Notes: a model not told the origin generated them from the sequence alone. Numbered from the stretch's first letter, positions 8,791-16,686 are shown. The stretch is DNA of 32,000 nt from Lachnospiraceae bacterium (GCA_017615545.1 JAFZZY010000039.1:1-32000); one strand, 5' to 3'. Numbers and translations are program-made.

Positions 8791-10770
8791 ATGTTTGATA
8801 AAAGAATCCGCCCAGACGAGCGCCCGGTATTTCCGAAGCGTTGCGTGATCACCGGCGGCATGCCTTATGGCAATAAAGAGTTGCATTTCGGACACGTGGG
8901 CGGCATGTATGTGCACGCCGACGTTTTTGCGCGTTTTATGCGTGACCGCATCGGTAAGGAGAATGTTATCTTTGTTTCCGGTACGGACTGCTACGGTTCT
9001 CCCGCGATGGAGAGCTACCGAAAGCTGAAAGAAGCAGGCTATCAGGACAGCATCGAGGACTACGTTCGCTCCAACCATGTGAAGCAGAAGGAGACGCTCG
9101 ATAAGTATAAGATCAGCCTGAATTTCTTCGGAGCTTCCGCCCTGGGTGAGGGTGGCAAATATCACGTGAAGACGTCGGCAGAGGTATTCAATCGCCTGTA
9201 TGAGAAGGGATATCTCGAGAAGCTTTCCGCGCCGCAGTTTTTCGATGAGGAACTGGGTGTGTTCCTGAACGGTCGCCAGGTCGTAGGACGCTGCCCGATC
9301 GAAGGCTGCACCAGTGAGAGAGGCTACGCGGACGAATGCTCCCTCGGCCATCAGTACATGCCCAGCGAGCTCATTGACCCCGTCAGCGTTCTGTCCGGAA
9401 AGAAGCCGACCCTGGTCAATGTATCGAACTGGTACTACAAACTGGAAGACGATATTGACTATCTGAAGGGCTGCATCAACGACCTTCGCGCGAATTCCAA
9501 CCGCCGTAAGTTCGAGATGCAGATCATCGATGAGTTTTTGAATAAGCCCGCGGTACATATTCCGAAGAAGTATCTGGAGGGCCTGGATCAGGACGCACTC
9601 CTCGCGAAGTTCCCGGAGCACGAGCTGATCGACGAGGAGAAGAGAAAGTCTCTGCTCTGCGTATTCCGTTCATTGGACGACCGTGACCTGGCCAGAAAGG
9701 TGCTGGAGGAAGCGGGCGTGCACTATACAGCCGCAAAGACCCTGGTTCCGTTCCGCCTTACGGGCAATGTAGAATGGGGCGTTCCGGTTCCCGAGGTCGA
9801 GGGTGAGAAAGACCTGACCTTCTGGGTATGGCCGGAGTCGCTTTGGGCGCCGATCTCCTTCACGAGAGCCTACCTGGCCTCGAAGGGCGCCGACGAGGAT
9901 GAATGGCAGAAGTGGTGGAACGACGACGAGGCCATGGTCTACCAGTTCATCGGCGAGGACAACATCTACTTCTATTCGATCGCAGAGATGGGATTTTTCC
10001 ATGCGTTGGGCAACCTGAAGCCGCCGCACATCATCCCGAACCGTCATATTTTGTTCATGGATACGAAGGCCAGCAGCAGTTCGGAGATCAAACCGCCCAT
10101 GGCAGCGGATCTGCTGCAGCACTACTCGGTGGACCAGTTGCGCATGCATTTCATCAGCTTAGGTCTGTCCAACAAGAGCACGGGCTTCAAACCGCAGGTC
10201 TACCTGCCGGAGGACCAGAGAGAGAGTCCGGACCCCGTGATCAAAGAAGGCAACCTTCTGACCAACGTTTACAACCGTTTGATCCGTTCCTGCTTCTATT
10301 CCACGCAGGCTTCCTTCAACGGCATTCTGCCCGAGGGTGAAGTCTCCGAGAAAACGTTCCGTCTCGCCGAGAAGAACGTCCTGGAATATGAGAGACATAT
10401 GTACAACCACGATTTCCACCGAGTTTCGTACACCCTGGATGAGTATATCCGCGAGGTCAATAAGAACTGGGCGGCGGTAAGCCGTGAGGCCGAGAAGAAC
10501 AATGATATCGAGATGAAACGTCAGCTCCTCGTGGATACCTGGTTCTCCTGTAAGGTCATGGCAGTCCTGTTCCACCCGATCGCGCCGGACGGCTGCGAGA
10601 TGTTCCGCGAGTACATCAACTTCGATGAGAGGATCTGGAGCTGGGACCTGATCTTGGAACCTCTGACCGCTTACGTTCCGGACCTCAAGACACACAAACT
10701 CAAGTTCTTGGAACCGAGAGTCGACTTCTTCAAGAAGCCCGAGTGGCAGTTCGAAAAAGAAGAAGCGTGA
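8791..10770 (+). CDS. metG: methionine--tRNA ligase family protein (class I aaRS) with non-canonical KMSKS loop
   Basis: MPYGNKELHFGHVGG..HADVFARF..GTDCYGSP aligns with the MetRS HIGH region. There is a CP-domain knuckle CPIEGC..x9..EC. Where MetRS has KMSKS, this protein reads KASSS (nt 10066-10080). DQLRMHF follows, as in MetRS (DSLRYYY). Confidence 0.75.
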   Translation: MFDKRIRPDERPVFPKRCVITGGMPYGNKELHFGHVGGMYVHADVFARFMRDRIGKENVIFVSGTDCYGSPAMESYRKLKEAGYQDSIEDYVRSNHVKQKETLDKYKISLNFFGASALGEGGKYHVKTSAEVFNRLYEKGYLEKLSAPQFFDEELGVFLNGRQVVGRCPIEGCTSERGYADECSLGHQYMPSELIDPVSVLSGKKPTLVNVSNWYYKLEDDIDYLKGCINDLRANSNRRKFEMQIIDEFLNKPAVHIPKKYLEGLDQDALLAKFPEHELIDEEKRKSLLCVFRSLDDRDLARKVLEEAGVHYTAAKTLVPFRLTGNVEWGVPVPEVEGEKDLTFWVWPESLWAPISFTRAYLASKGADEDEWQKWWNDDEAMVYQFIGEDNIYFYSIAEMGFFHALGNLKPPHIIPNRHILFMDTKASSSSEIKPPMAADLLQHYSVDQLRMHFISLGLSNKSTGFKPQVYLPEDQRESPDPVIKEGNLLTNVYNRLIRSCFYSTQASFNGILPEGEVSEKTFRLAEKNVLEYERHMYNHDFHRVSYTLDEYIREVNKNWAAVSREAEKNNDIEMKRQLLVDTWFSCKVMAVLFHPIAPDGCEMFREYINFDERIWSWDLILEPLTAYVPDLKTHKLKFLEPRVDFFKKPEWQFEKEEA

Positions 10771-10788
10771 TATAATTCAACATGGATA

Positions 10789-10829
10789 CAGCCTCGCCGG
10801 TTCAATTTCGGCGAGGCTGGTTTATTTTC
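10789..10829 (+). terminator. rho-independent terminator of metG-like gene
   Basis: CAGCCTCGCCG-GTTCAATTT-CGGCGAGGCTG followed by GTTTATTTT. Confidence 0.8.
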
Positions 10830-10879
10830 GTGGTAATGTGTTGAATGCCGTGCCATACTGAAAGCCCACCTTTCGGGAT

Positions 10880-10943
10880 TAAGATTTTCGTAAGATTTTA
10901 GTAAGACTTCGTTCAAGACTTGTACACAATCCTGTGGTATAAC
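10880..10943 (+). promoter_or_regulatory. four phased direct repeats (YAAGAYTT) abutting an extended -10 promoter
   Basis: TAAGATTTT at 10880, TAAGATTTT at 10891, TAAGACTTC at 10902 and CAAGACTTG at 10914, with 11, 11 and 12 nt phasing. TGgTATAAC is at 10935-10943. No good -35, because the last repeat occupies that position. Confidence 0.5.
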
Positions 10944-11060
10944 TTAATCAAGGTTTTCGAAGGAACGCTCGCAACCAGGATCGCGGCGGGAGATCGGAAA
11001 CAAAAATATTAAAACGGGCGATGCCCGTAATACCCTACACATTAACAGGAGGACACTACG

Positions 11061-11213
11061 ATGAAGAAATTAGTTTTACTCGCTGCACTTGCTGCAGGCG
11101 CTGCATATGCCGTAACCAATAAGGATAAGATTGCTAAGCTTAAGGAAAAGGCTTGCAACTGTAATGGTGATTGCGATTGCGACGATGCAGATGACGATGC
11201 TGACGAGGAGTAA
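11061..11213 (+). CDS. small (50 aa) signal-peptide/TM-anchored Cys-rich acidic protein, below the ORF-track length cutoff
   Basis: Strong AGGAGG RBS 8 nt upstream of the ATG. Translation is MKKLVLLAALAAGAAYAVTNKDKIAKLKEKACNCNGDCDCDDADDDADEE. It has its own upstream promoter-like region and a downstream terminator. Confidence 0.5.
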   Translation: MKKLVLLAALAAGAAYAVTNKDKIAKLKEKACNCNGDCDCDDADDDADEE

Positions 11214-11362
11214 CACAAAACAGTTGTTGCTCGATTCATAATAACCCCCATTTTTTAAAGGCTTCTGCTTCGGCGGAAACCTGTGCCCGAATGCTTCAAC
11301 ACCGAAGCAGTCGGACATCCTTGATCTGCGAAAGCAGATCGCCACTTTCTAACCTTTCATAC

Positions 11363-11400
11363 AAAAACCGCGATGAAACCTACGTTCGTCGCGGTTTTTG
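11363..11400 (+). terminator. rho-independent terminator
   Basis: ACCGCGATGAA-ACCTACG-TTCGTCGCGGT (11 bp including one G-U), followed by TTTTT. Confidence 0.8.
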
Positions 11401-11402
11401 TA

Positions 11403-11433
11403 TTGAAATCAAAATAATAATATGTTATTATTT
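11403..11433 (+). promoter_or_regulatory. sigma-A promoter of the ABC operon overlapped by a 9-bp inverted repeat
   Basis: TTGAAA (11403-11408), 17 nt, TATTAT (11426-11431). AAATAATAA-TATG-TTATTATTT (11412-11433) is a perfect palindrome covering the -10. Confidence 0.5.
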
Positions 11434-11522
11434 ATTTACAAGATGAAAGATCAACGCAACGTGGATCGGATGATGCGTAAACGGAATATGACCCGGGGTA
11501 GCCGGGAAAACGGAGGCGTGGC

Positions 11523-12251
11523 ATGATATTAACGGCAGAGAATTTGACGAAAGAATACGGGAAGAAGAGGGCATTGGATACATTTTCCTATACCTTCCAT
11601 GAGGGGATCTATGGCCTGTTGGGACCGAACGGCGCGGGAAAATCAACGCTGATGGGTATCCTGACGACCGGACTGAAGGCGACATCCGGAAAGGTCCTCT
11701 GGGATGGAACGGACATCGCCTCGATGGGTAAGAATTACCGCGGCCTGGTCGGTTTCATGCCGCAACAGCAGAGGATCTATGAGGACTTTACGCTGACGCG
11801 GTTCTTGTACTACGTTGCTTCTTTGAAGGGCAAGAAGAAGCAGGATGTGAAGGACGAGATCGACGACATCATCCACAGCGTGAACCTGTGGGAAGTCCGC
11901 AATGACTGCATCGGCACGTTTTCGGGTGGTATGAAGCAGCGGACACTGCTGGCCCAGGGACTGGTCGGTGATCCGTCGATCCTGATCATGGACGAACCGA
12001 CGGTCGGGCTGGACCCGAAGGAGCGTGTGCACTTCCGGGAACTGGTCAGCCGCGTAGCCGGCGAGAAGATCGTCATCATCGCGACACATATCGTAAGTGA
12101 CCTTGAAAAATTGGCCTCAGAGATCATCTTTTTGAACCACGGAAAGATCGTAGAGAGCGGTACATTGGATACGCTGTATGAAAAGTACGGCGGACAGAAA
12201 GAGACTTCGGTAGAGGAAATCTACATGAGCCTCGGAATGGAGAGTAAATAA
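11523..12251 (+). CDS. ABC transporter ATP-binding protein (ABC-2/DrrA-like)
   Basis: Walker A GPNGAGKST, signature FSGGMKQR, Walker B ILIMDEPT, H-loop IATH. Confidence 0.9.
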   Translation: MILTAENLTKEYGKKRALDTFSYTFHEGIYGLLGPNGAGKSTLMGILTTGLKATSGKVLWDGTDIASMGKNYRGLVGFMPQQQRIYEDFTLTRFLYYVASLKGKKKQDVKDEIDDIIHSVNLWEVRNDCIGTFSGGMKQRTLLAQGLVGDPSILIMDEPTVGLDPKERVHFRELVSRVAGEKIVIIATHIVSDLEKLASEIIFLNHGKIVESGTLDTLYEKYGGQKETSVEEIYMSLGMESK

Positions 12252-14374
12252 TGTTCCTGCACGAGTGGTATAAATTATGGCATAACAGGAAGCTTCTGGG
12301 CTTTTTGGTCGCCCTTCTTTTGGTGAACGCCCTCTATTTCTGGTACCACGCCGAACGTGATGTCGCGCCTGCGCACGCCTACCGGGCGTTGACGGCGGAT
12401 CTGCGCGGCTATAGCGATGCGGAGGCGGCGGAGCAGCTCGCCCAGATGAAACAGGAAGCGTCGGCGATCTATTATATGGAGCCGGGCAATGTCGTCTGGA
12501 CGGACCCGAAGTATACCGACTCTCTGTTCACGGAGAGGGAGCTGCTCGCGATCAAGGAGGCAGAGTACACCGATGTGCTCGACTATCCCAAGTTCGTGAA
12601 GAAGGCGGCCGGTACAGCGGCTGAGTACAAAATGTTGCTGACGATCCTCGGCGGATCCGGCGATAAGATGAAGGATGTGGAAAAAACGAGTAAGGAGTAC
12701 GAGCAGCTGCTCGGCCTTACGATCCGCCAGACACATACGAAGGGAATTGCGGAAGCATTGTCCCTGCCGAGTTTGATATTTTTGGAACTGTTGCTTGCGG
12801 TTCTGCTGACTTCGCTGATGTTCACGAAGGAAAAAGAGCAGGGCCTGCTTCGGTTGTATTCTTCCATGAAGTCCGGGCGCGGACGGATGTTCCTGACCCG
12901 CGTGGGAGCGGTCTCCGTGGGATGCGCGGTCTGCAATTTTCTTTTCTTGTTGACGACGCTCCTGACGGGCTGCCTGCTCTACGGAAGGCCGATCGGCTCG
13001 TTCCTGACGGAGCCGGTGCAGTCTCTGATCGGGTATAAGCAGACGGTCATGCAGATCAACATCGGGACATTTCTCCTGTTGGTATTTGTGTGGTCCTGCA
13101 TCGTATCGACGGCAGTCGTGTTGCTTACGTCGGTAGTCAGTTCGCTGGTCTCTTCGGCGTTGAAGGTCTACGTGATCCTCTTTTCGCTGATCGGTATCGA
13201 GGGTATCCTCTACATGAAAATCGACGACCTGAGTTATCTGGCTGGCTTTAAGCGGATCAATCTCGTGTCATTTGCCGATCCCGGATACACGATCGCGCGC
13301 TACCACAACGAGATCGTGTTCGGAAATCCGATCAGTTATCCGATCGTCGCGTTGGCGCTTCTGGCGTTGCTGATCCTGGTCTGCGCAGCGGTCGGCTGGA
13401 TCCTGTCAAATAAAGGCTTCGGCGTGATCCCGAGACGGGGCAGAGGCCTCCGTTTCCTGCGGATCTTCAAGCGGTCGGAGGAGCATGGCTTCGGAAGTCA
13501 TACGAGACTTTCCCTACATGAGAGCGTGAAGTTTTTCCGTTTCGAGAAGATCGGTTATATTCTTTTGATCCTAGCGGTGTTCCTGTTGGCGACGACAAAA
13601 CCGTATAAGAAGTACGACTCCTCGATCGAGGAAATGTTCTATCAATCCTACCTGTATCGTGTGGAACAGGTCGGACCGGAGCAGTACGGCGATATCCTCG
13701 TGCAGTTTGAGGAGGAGATGGAGCGGGAGCAGAGGATGTCATCCGATTCGTCTTCGCTTCAGTATAAGCAGACAGCGCTGAACCGCATTACGGAGTATCT
13801 CACATATCTGCAGTCGAAGGAGGGCTCGCAGGCTCTCGACGTCCGCGGGTATGAGAAATTGTATAAGGACCGGAAGCAGAACGTCATCCTCGGCGTCTGC
13901 GCGGTGCTGGCGGCGATCTTGTGCGGCGCGGCGAGCATGGCGGTCGAATATCGCACAGGTATGATCGGGCAGATCTGCATTTCCCCAAAACGCGGAAAAG
14001 TATTCCTGTGTAAAGCCCTCATCCTGCTTGGTACGGTCACCCTGTTTTACGGGATGATCTACGGCAGATACCTCTATCAGGTGCTGAAGGGCTACGGAAC
14101 GTACGGCATCGGCTTTTCGGCGAACAGCCTGCCGGACTGGAAGAACCTGCCTGCGTCGTTTTCGATGGCCGGAGGGATCGCCCTCGTTTGGCTGAAGCGC
14201 TATGTCGGCATGCTTCTGGTCACCGGCGTGACGGTTTTCGCGACAAGCAGGATCAAAAGCTTCCTGATGACAGCGATCGTGTGCCTTGTGATCATCGCTG
14301 TACCGCTGTTGCTCTGCCTGTGGGAGTCGGGCGTTCTGTCATACATAATGTTCAACTATTTCTTCGTGATATAG
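12251..14374 (+). CDS. large polytopic membrane protein, presumed permease partner of the ABC ATPase
   Basis: 707 aa. TAATG overlap with the ATPase gene. Two clusters of hydrophobic helices (about aa 170-390 and 540-707), each preceded by a hydrophilic segment that begins with one helix. Confidence 0.8.
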   Translation: MFLHEWYKLWHNRKLLGFLVALLLVNALYFWYHAERDVAPAHAYRALTADLRGYSDAEAAEQLAQMKQEASAIYYMEPGNVVWTDPKYTDSLFTERELLAIKEAEYTDVLDYPKFVKKAAGTAAEYKMLLTILGGSGDKMKDVEKTSKEYEQLLGLTIRQTHTKGIAEALSLPSLIFLELLLAVLLTSLMFTKEKEQGLLRLYSSMKSGRGRMFLTRVGAVSVGCAVCNFLFLLTTLLTGCLLYGRPIGSFLTEPVQSLIGYKQTVMQINIGTFLLLVFVWSCIVSTAVVLLTSVVSSLVSSALKVYVILFSLIGIEGILYMKIDDLSYLAGFKRINLVSFADPGYTIARYHNEIVFGNPISYPIVALALLALLILVCAAVGWILSNKGFGVIPRRGRGLRFLRIFKRSEEHGFGSHTRLSLHESVKFFRFEKIGYILLILAVFLLATTKPYKKYDSSIEEMFYQSYLYRVEQVGPEQYGDILVQFEEEMEREQRMSSDSSSLQYKQTALNRITEYLTYLQSKEGSQALDVRGYEKLYKDRKQNVILGVCAVLAAILCGAASMAVEYRTGMIGQICISPKRGKVFLCKALILLGTVTLFYGMIYGRYLYQVLKGYGTYGIGFSANSLPDWKNLPASFSMAGGIALVWLKRYVGMLLVTGVTVFATSRIKSFLMTAIVCLVIIAVPLLLCLWESGVLSYIMFNYFFVI

Positions 14375-14427
14375 AGGACAGAATATGATATAATACTTCT
14401 ATACTCGTAAACGGAGGAAAGGATGCT

Positions 14428-14928
14428 ATGGGATTTTTTGACAAATTAAAAGATGCAATGAAACAGGCTTCGGAAAATGCGAACCGCAAAACCGCAGGTG
14501 TGCAGCCGCAGGATCCACAGCCGGCAGCGGCGCAGCGGAAGAGCAGACTGCCTGAAGGAGTGATCATGGCGATGCTCGATGAGAGAAATATGCAGCCGAT
14601 CGTCTACGGGACCGATGAGAACGGCAAAGACCTGGTGATGAGGGTCAGCGGCGCCATTCATTTCAAGCAGGATAATCCGGATGACACGGATCATGCGGTC
14701 CTTCGTAAGAAGGTAGCAGGCATTGCCCGCGAGCATATCGTAGCCGGCTTGAAGACGATCGATCCGGAGGATCTGAAATCACTGCTTCTCCTGGCGAACC
14801 GCTTAAACGGAGAGATCCTCGAGGATCTGAAGGCGAATGGTTATACCGCCAGCTACAAACTTCCGCTCATACTTACGCCTGCGCGCAGACCGAACCCCGC
14901 GCCGGAAGAGACTTCGGAAGAAAATTAA
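14428..14928 (+). CDS. hypothetical protein (166 aa)
   Basis: GGAGGAAAGG RBS. The N-terminus MGFFDKLKDAMK is followed by a Pro/Gln-rich linker and a globular C-terminal part. No motif assigned. Confidence 0.65.
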   Translation: MGFFDKLKDAMKQASENANRKTAGVQPQDPQPAAAQRKSRLPEGVIMAMLDERNMQPIVYGTDENGKDLVMRVSGAIHFKQDNPDDTDHAVLRKKVAGIAREHIVAGLKTIDPEDLKSLLLLANRLNGEILEDLKANGYTASYKLPLILTPARRPNPAPEETSEEN

Positions 14929-14947
14929 AAAAATTTAAAAAAAACTG

Positions 14948-14976
14948 TTGACAAAGTTGAGAACCTGTATTAAAAT
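14948..14976 (+). promoter_or_regulatory. sigma-A promoter upstream of asnB leader
   Basis: TTGACA (14948-14953), 17 nt, TAAAAT (14971-14976). Preceded by A-tracts (AAAAAATTTAAAAAAAA) that look like an UP element. Confidence 0.6.
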
Positions 14977-15001
14977 GTGCTCAATTTGAATGATGTATGG
15001 C

Positions 15002-15041
15002 AAAGGCGCCACGGAGGATATCCGTGGCGCTTTTTGTTTTT
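15002..15041 (+). terminator. intrinsic terminator inside the asnB 5' leader (candidate attenuator)
   Basis: AAAGGCGCCACGG-AGGATAT-CCGTGGCGCTTT: 9 G/C-rich bp plus an A-U/G-U extension, followed by TTTTTGTTTTT. Lies between the promoter and the asnB ATG at 15083. Confidence 0.7.
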
Positions 15042-15082
15042 CCATTCAAAGATAGAACACATGAAGAAAGAGGCAAAAAACG

Positions 15083-16666
15083 ATGTGCGTTGTAATGGGA
15101 ATGAAAAAGAGAAATATCTCCCGCGCCGCATTTGAGAACCACATGAAGGTCACAACTTCCCGCGGGCCGGATGGAATGCGGGTCGTGCAGGCGGGCGATG
15201 GTTTCCTCGGTTTTCAGAGATTGTCCATCATGGGACTGACCGAGGCCGGTATGCAGCCGTTTGAACGAAACGGCAATATCGTCGTTTGTAACGGCGAGCT
15301 GTACGGCTTCCGAAACCAGAAGGCAAAACTGATGGAAGCCGGCTACACATTCCAGAGCGACAGCGACTGCGAGATCATCCTTCCGATGTACGAGTTGTAC
15401 GGACGGAAAATGTTTTCCATGCTGGATGCGGAATACGCCATGATCCTGTACGACGCTAAGGAGGGAGAACTGATCGCGGCCCGCGACCCGATCGGCATCC
15501 GGCCTTTGTTCTACGGATATGACGAGAGCGGCGACATCTGTTTTGCCAGTGAAGCGAAGAACCTGGTCGGCCTGACCGATAAGATCACGCCGTTCCCGCC
15601 GGGCCACTACTATTACAAAGGCGAGTTCATCTGCTACAACGATCTGGCAGCGCGTCAGCCCTATGTGGACGATGACCTCGAGACCGTTTGTAAGAACATT
15701 CGCGAGAAACTGATCGCAGGCGTGGAAAAACGTCTGGATGCAGATGCAAAGATCGGTTTCCTGCTTTCGGGAGGTTTGGACAGTTCCCTGGTATGCGCGA
15801 TCGCGACGAAGATCTTAGGACATCCGATCGAGACATTTGCCATAGGAATGAACGAAGACGCGATCGACCTGAAGTACGCGAAAGAGGTGGCCGACTTCAT
15901 CGGCAGCAACCATCACGAGATCATCATCAATAAGGACATCGTGCTGGGAGCGCTCCGCGAGGTCATCGCGGCCCTGGGTACCTTCGATATCACGACGATC
16001 CGGGCGAGCATGGGAATGTACCTGATCTGCAAAGGCATTCGCGAGACCACGGATATCCGGGTGCTCCTGACCGGCGAGATCTCCGATGAGATCTTCGGTT
16101 ACAAGTACACGGACTTCGCTCCGAACGCTGAAGAGTTCCAGTTGGAAGCAGAGAAGAGACTTCGCGAGTTGTACATGTACGACGTGCTTCGCGCCGACCG
16201 TTGCATTTCGGTCCACTCGATGGAGGCCCGCGTTCCGTTCGGCGATCTGGATTTCGTATCCTACGTAATGCGGATCCCGCCGGAGAAAAAGATGAATGTC
16301 TACAACAAAGGAAAATACCTGTTGCGCCATGCGTTCGAGGGCCTGGGTTACCTGCCGCAGAACATTCTGATGCGCGAGAAAGCAGCATTTTCCGATGCAG
16401 TCGGACATTCGATGGTAGACTACTTAAAGGCTTACGCCGAGGAAGTCTACAGCGATGAAGTTTTCAAAGAGAAATGCGCGGCTTACGATCACGTGCCGCC
16501 GTTCACCAAAGAGTCGCTTTTGTATCGCGAGATCTTTGAAGAGTTTTATCCCGGACAGGCAGAGATGATAAAGGATTTCTGGATGCCGAACAAAAACTGG
16601 GAGAACTGTGATGTCAACGATCCGTCGGCCCGTGTTCTTAAGAACTACGGCCAGAGCGGTTGTTAA
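15083..16666 (+). CDS. asnB: asparagine synthase (glutamine-hydrolysing)
   Basis: N-terminal Met-Cys (class II Ntn amidotransferase nucleophile). ..RGPDG.., ..QRLSIMG..GMQPF.. and the PP-loop LLSGGLDSS align by eye with E. coli AsnB. Confidence 0.9.
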   Translation: MCVVMGMKKRNISRAAFENHMKVTTSRGPDGMRVVQAGDGFLGFQRLSIMGLTEAGMQPFERNGNIVVCNGELYGFRNQKAKLMEAGYTFQSDSDCEIILPMYELYGRKMFSMLDAEYAMILYDAKEGELIAARDPIGIRPLFYGYDESGDICFASEAKNLVGLTDKITPFPPGHYYYKGEFICYNDLAARQPYVDDDLETVCKNIREKLIAGVEKRLDADAKIGFLLSGGLDSSLVCAIATKILGHPIETFAIGMNEDAIDLKYAKEVADFIGSNHHEIIINKDIVLGALREVIAALGTFDITTIRASMGMYLICKGIRETTDIRVLLTGEISDEIFGYKYTDFAPNAEEFQLEAEKRLRELYMYDVLRADRCISVHSMEARVPFGDLDFVSYVMRIPPEKKMNVYNKGKYLLRHAFEGLGYLPQNILMREKAAFSDAVGHSMVDYLKAYAEEVYSDEVFKEKCAAYDHVPPFTKESLLYREIFEEFYPGQAEMIKDFWMPNKNWENCDVNDPSARVLKNYGQSGC

Positions 16667-16686
16667 TAAAAAAGGAGGATATCAAA

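Noticed and set aside
10910-10968. CGTTCA ... CGAAGGAACGC, words that recall the P1 strands of the glutamine (glnA-motif) riboswitch. A GGAGGAACGC word also occurs upstream of amt at 18975-18984.
   Set aside because: The conserved internal core, which I recall as roughly ACGGAAGUAGG, is absent. The 5' word falls inside the direct-repeat/promoter DNA. The downstream gene is not nitrogen-related. An Infernal scan with RF01739/RF01704 would settle the question.
14990-15055. A 21-codon ORF (MMYGKGATEDIRGAFCFSIQR*) running through the asnB leader terminator. It could be a leader peptide for ribosome-mediated attenuation.
   Set aside because: It has no SD and no run of Asn or Gln codons that would give it regulatory logic. 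It is kept in mind only as an alternative mechanism for the attenuator finding.
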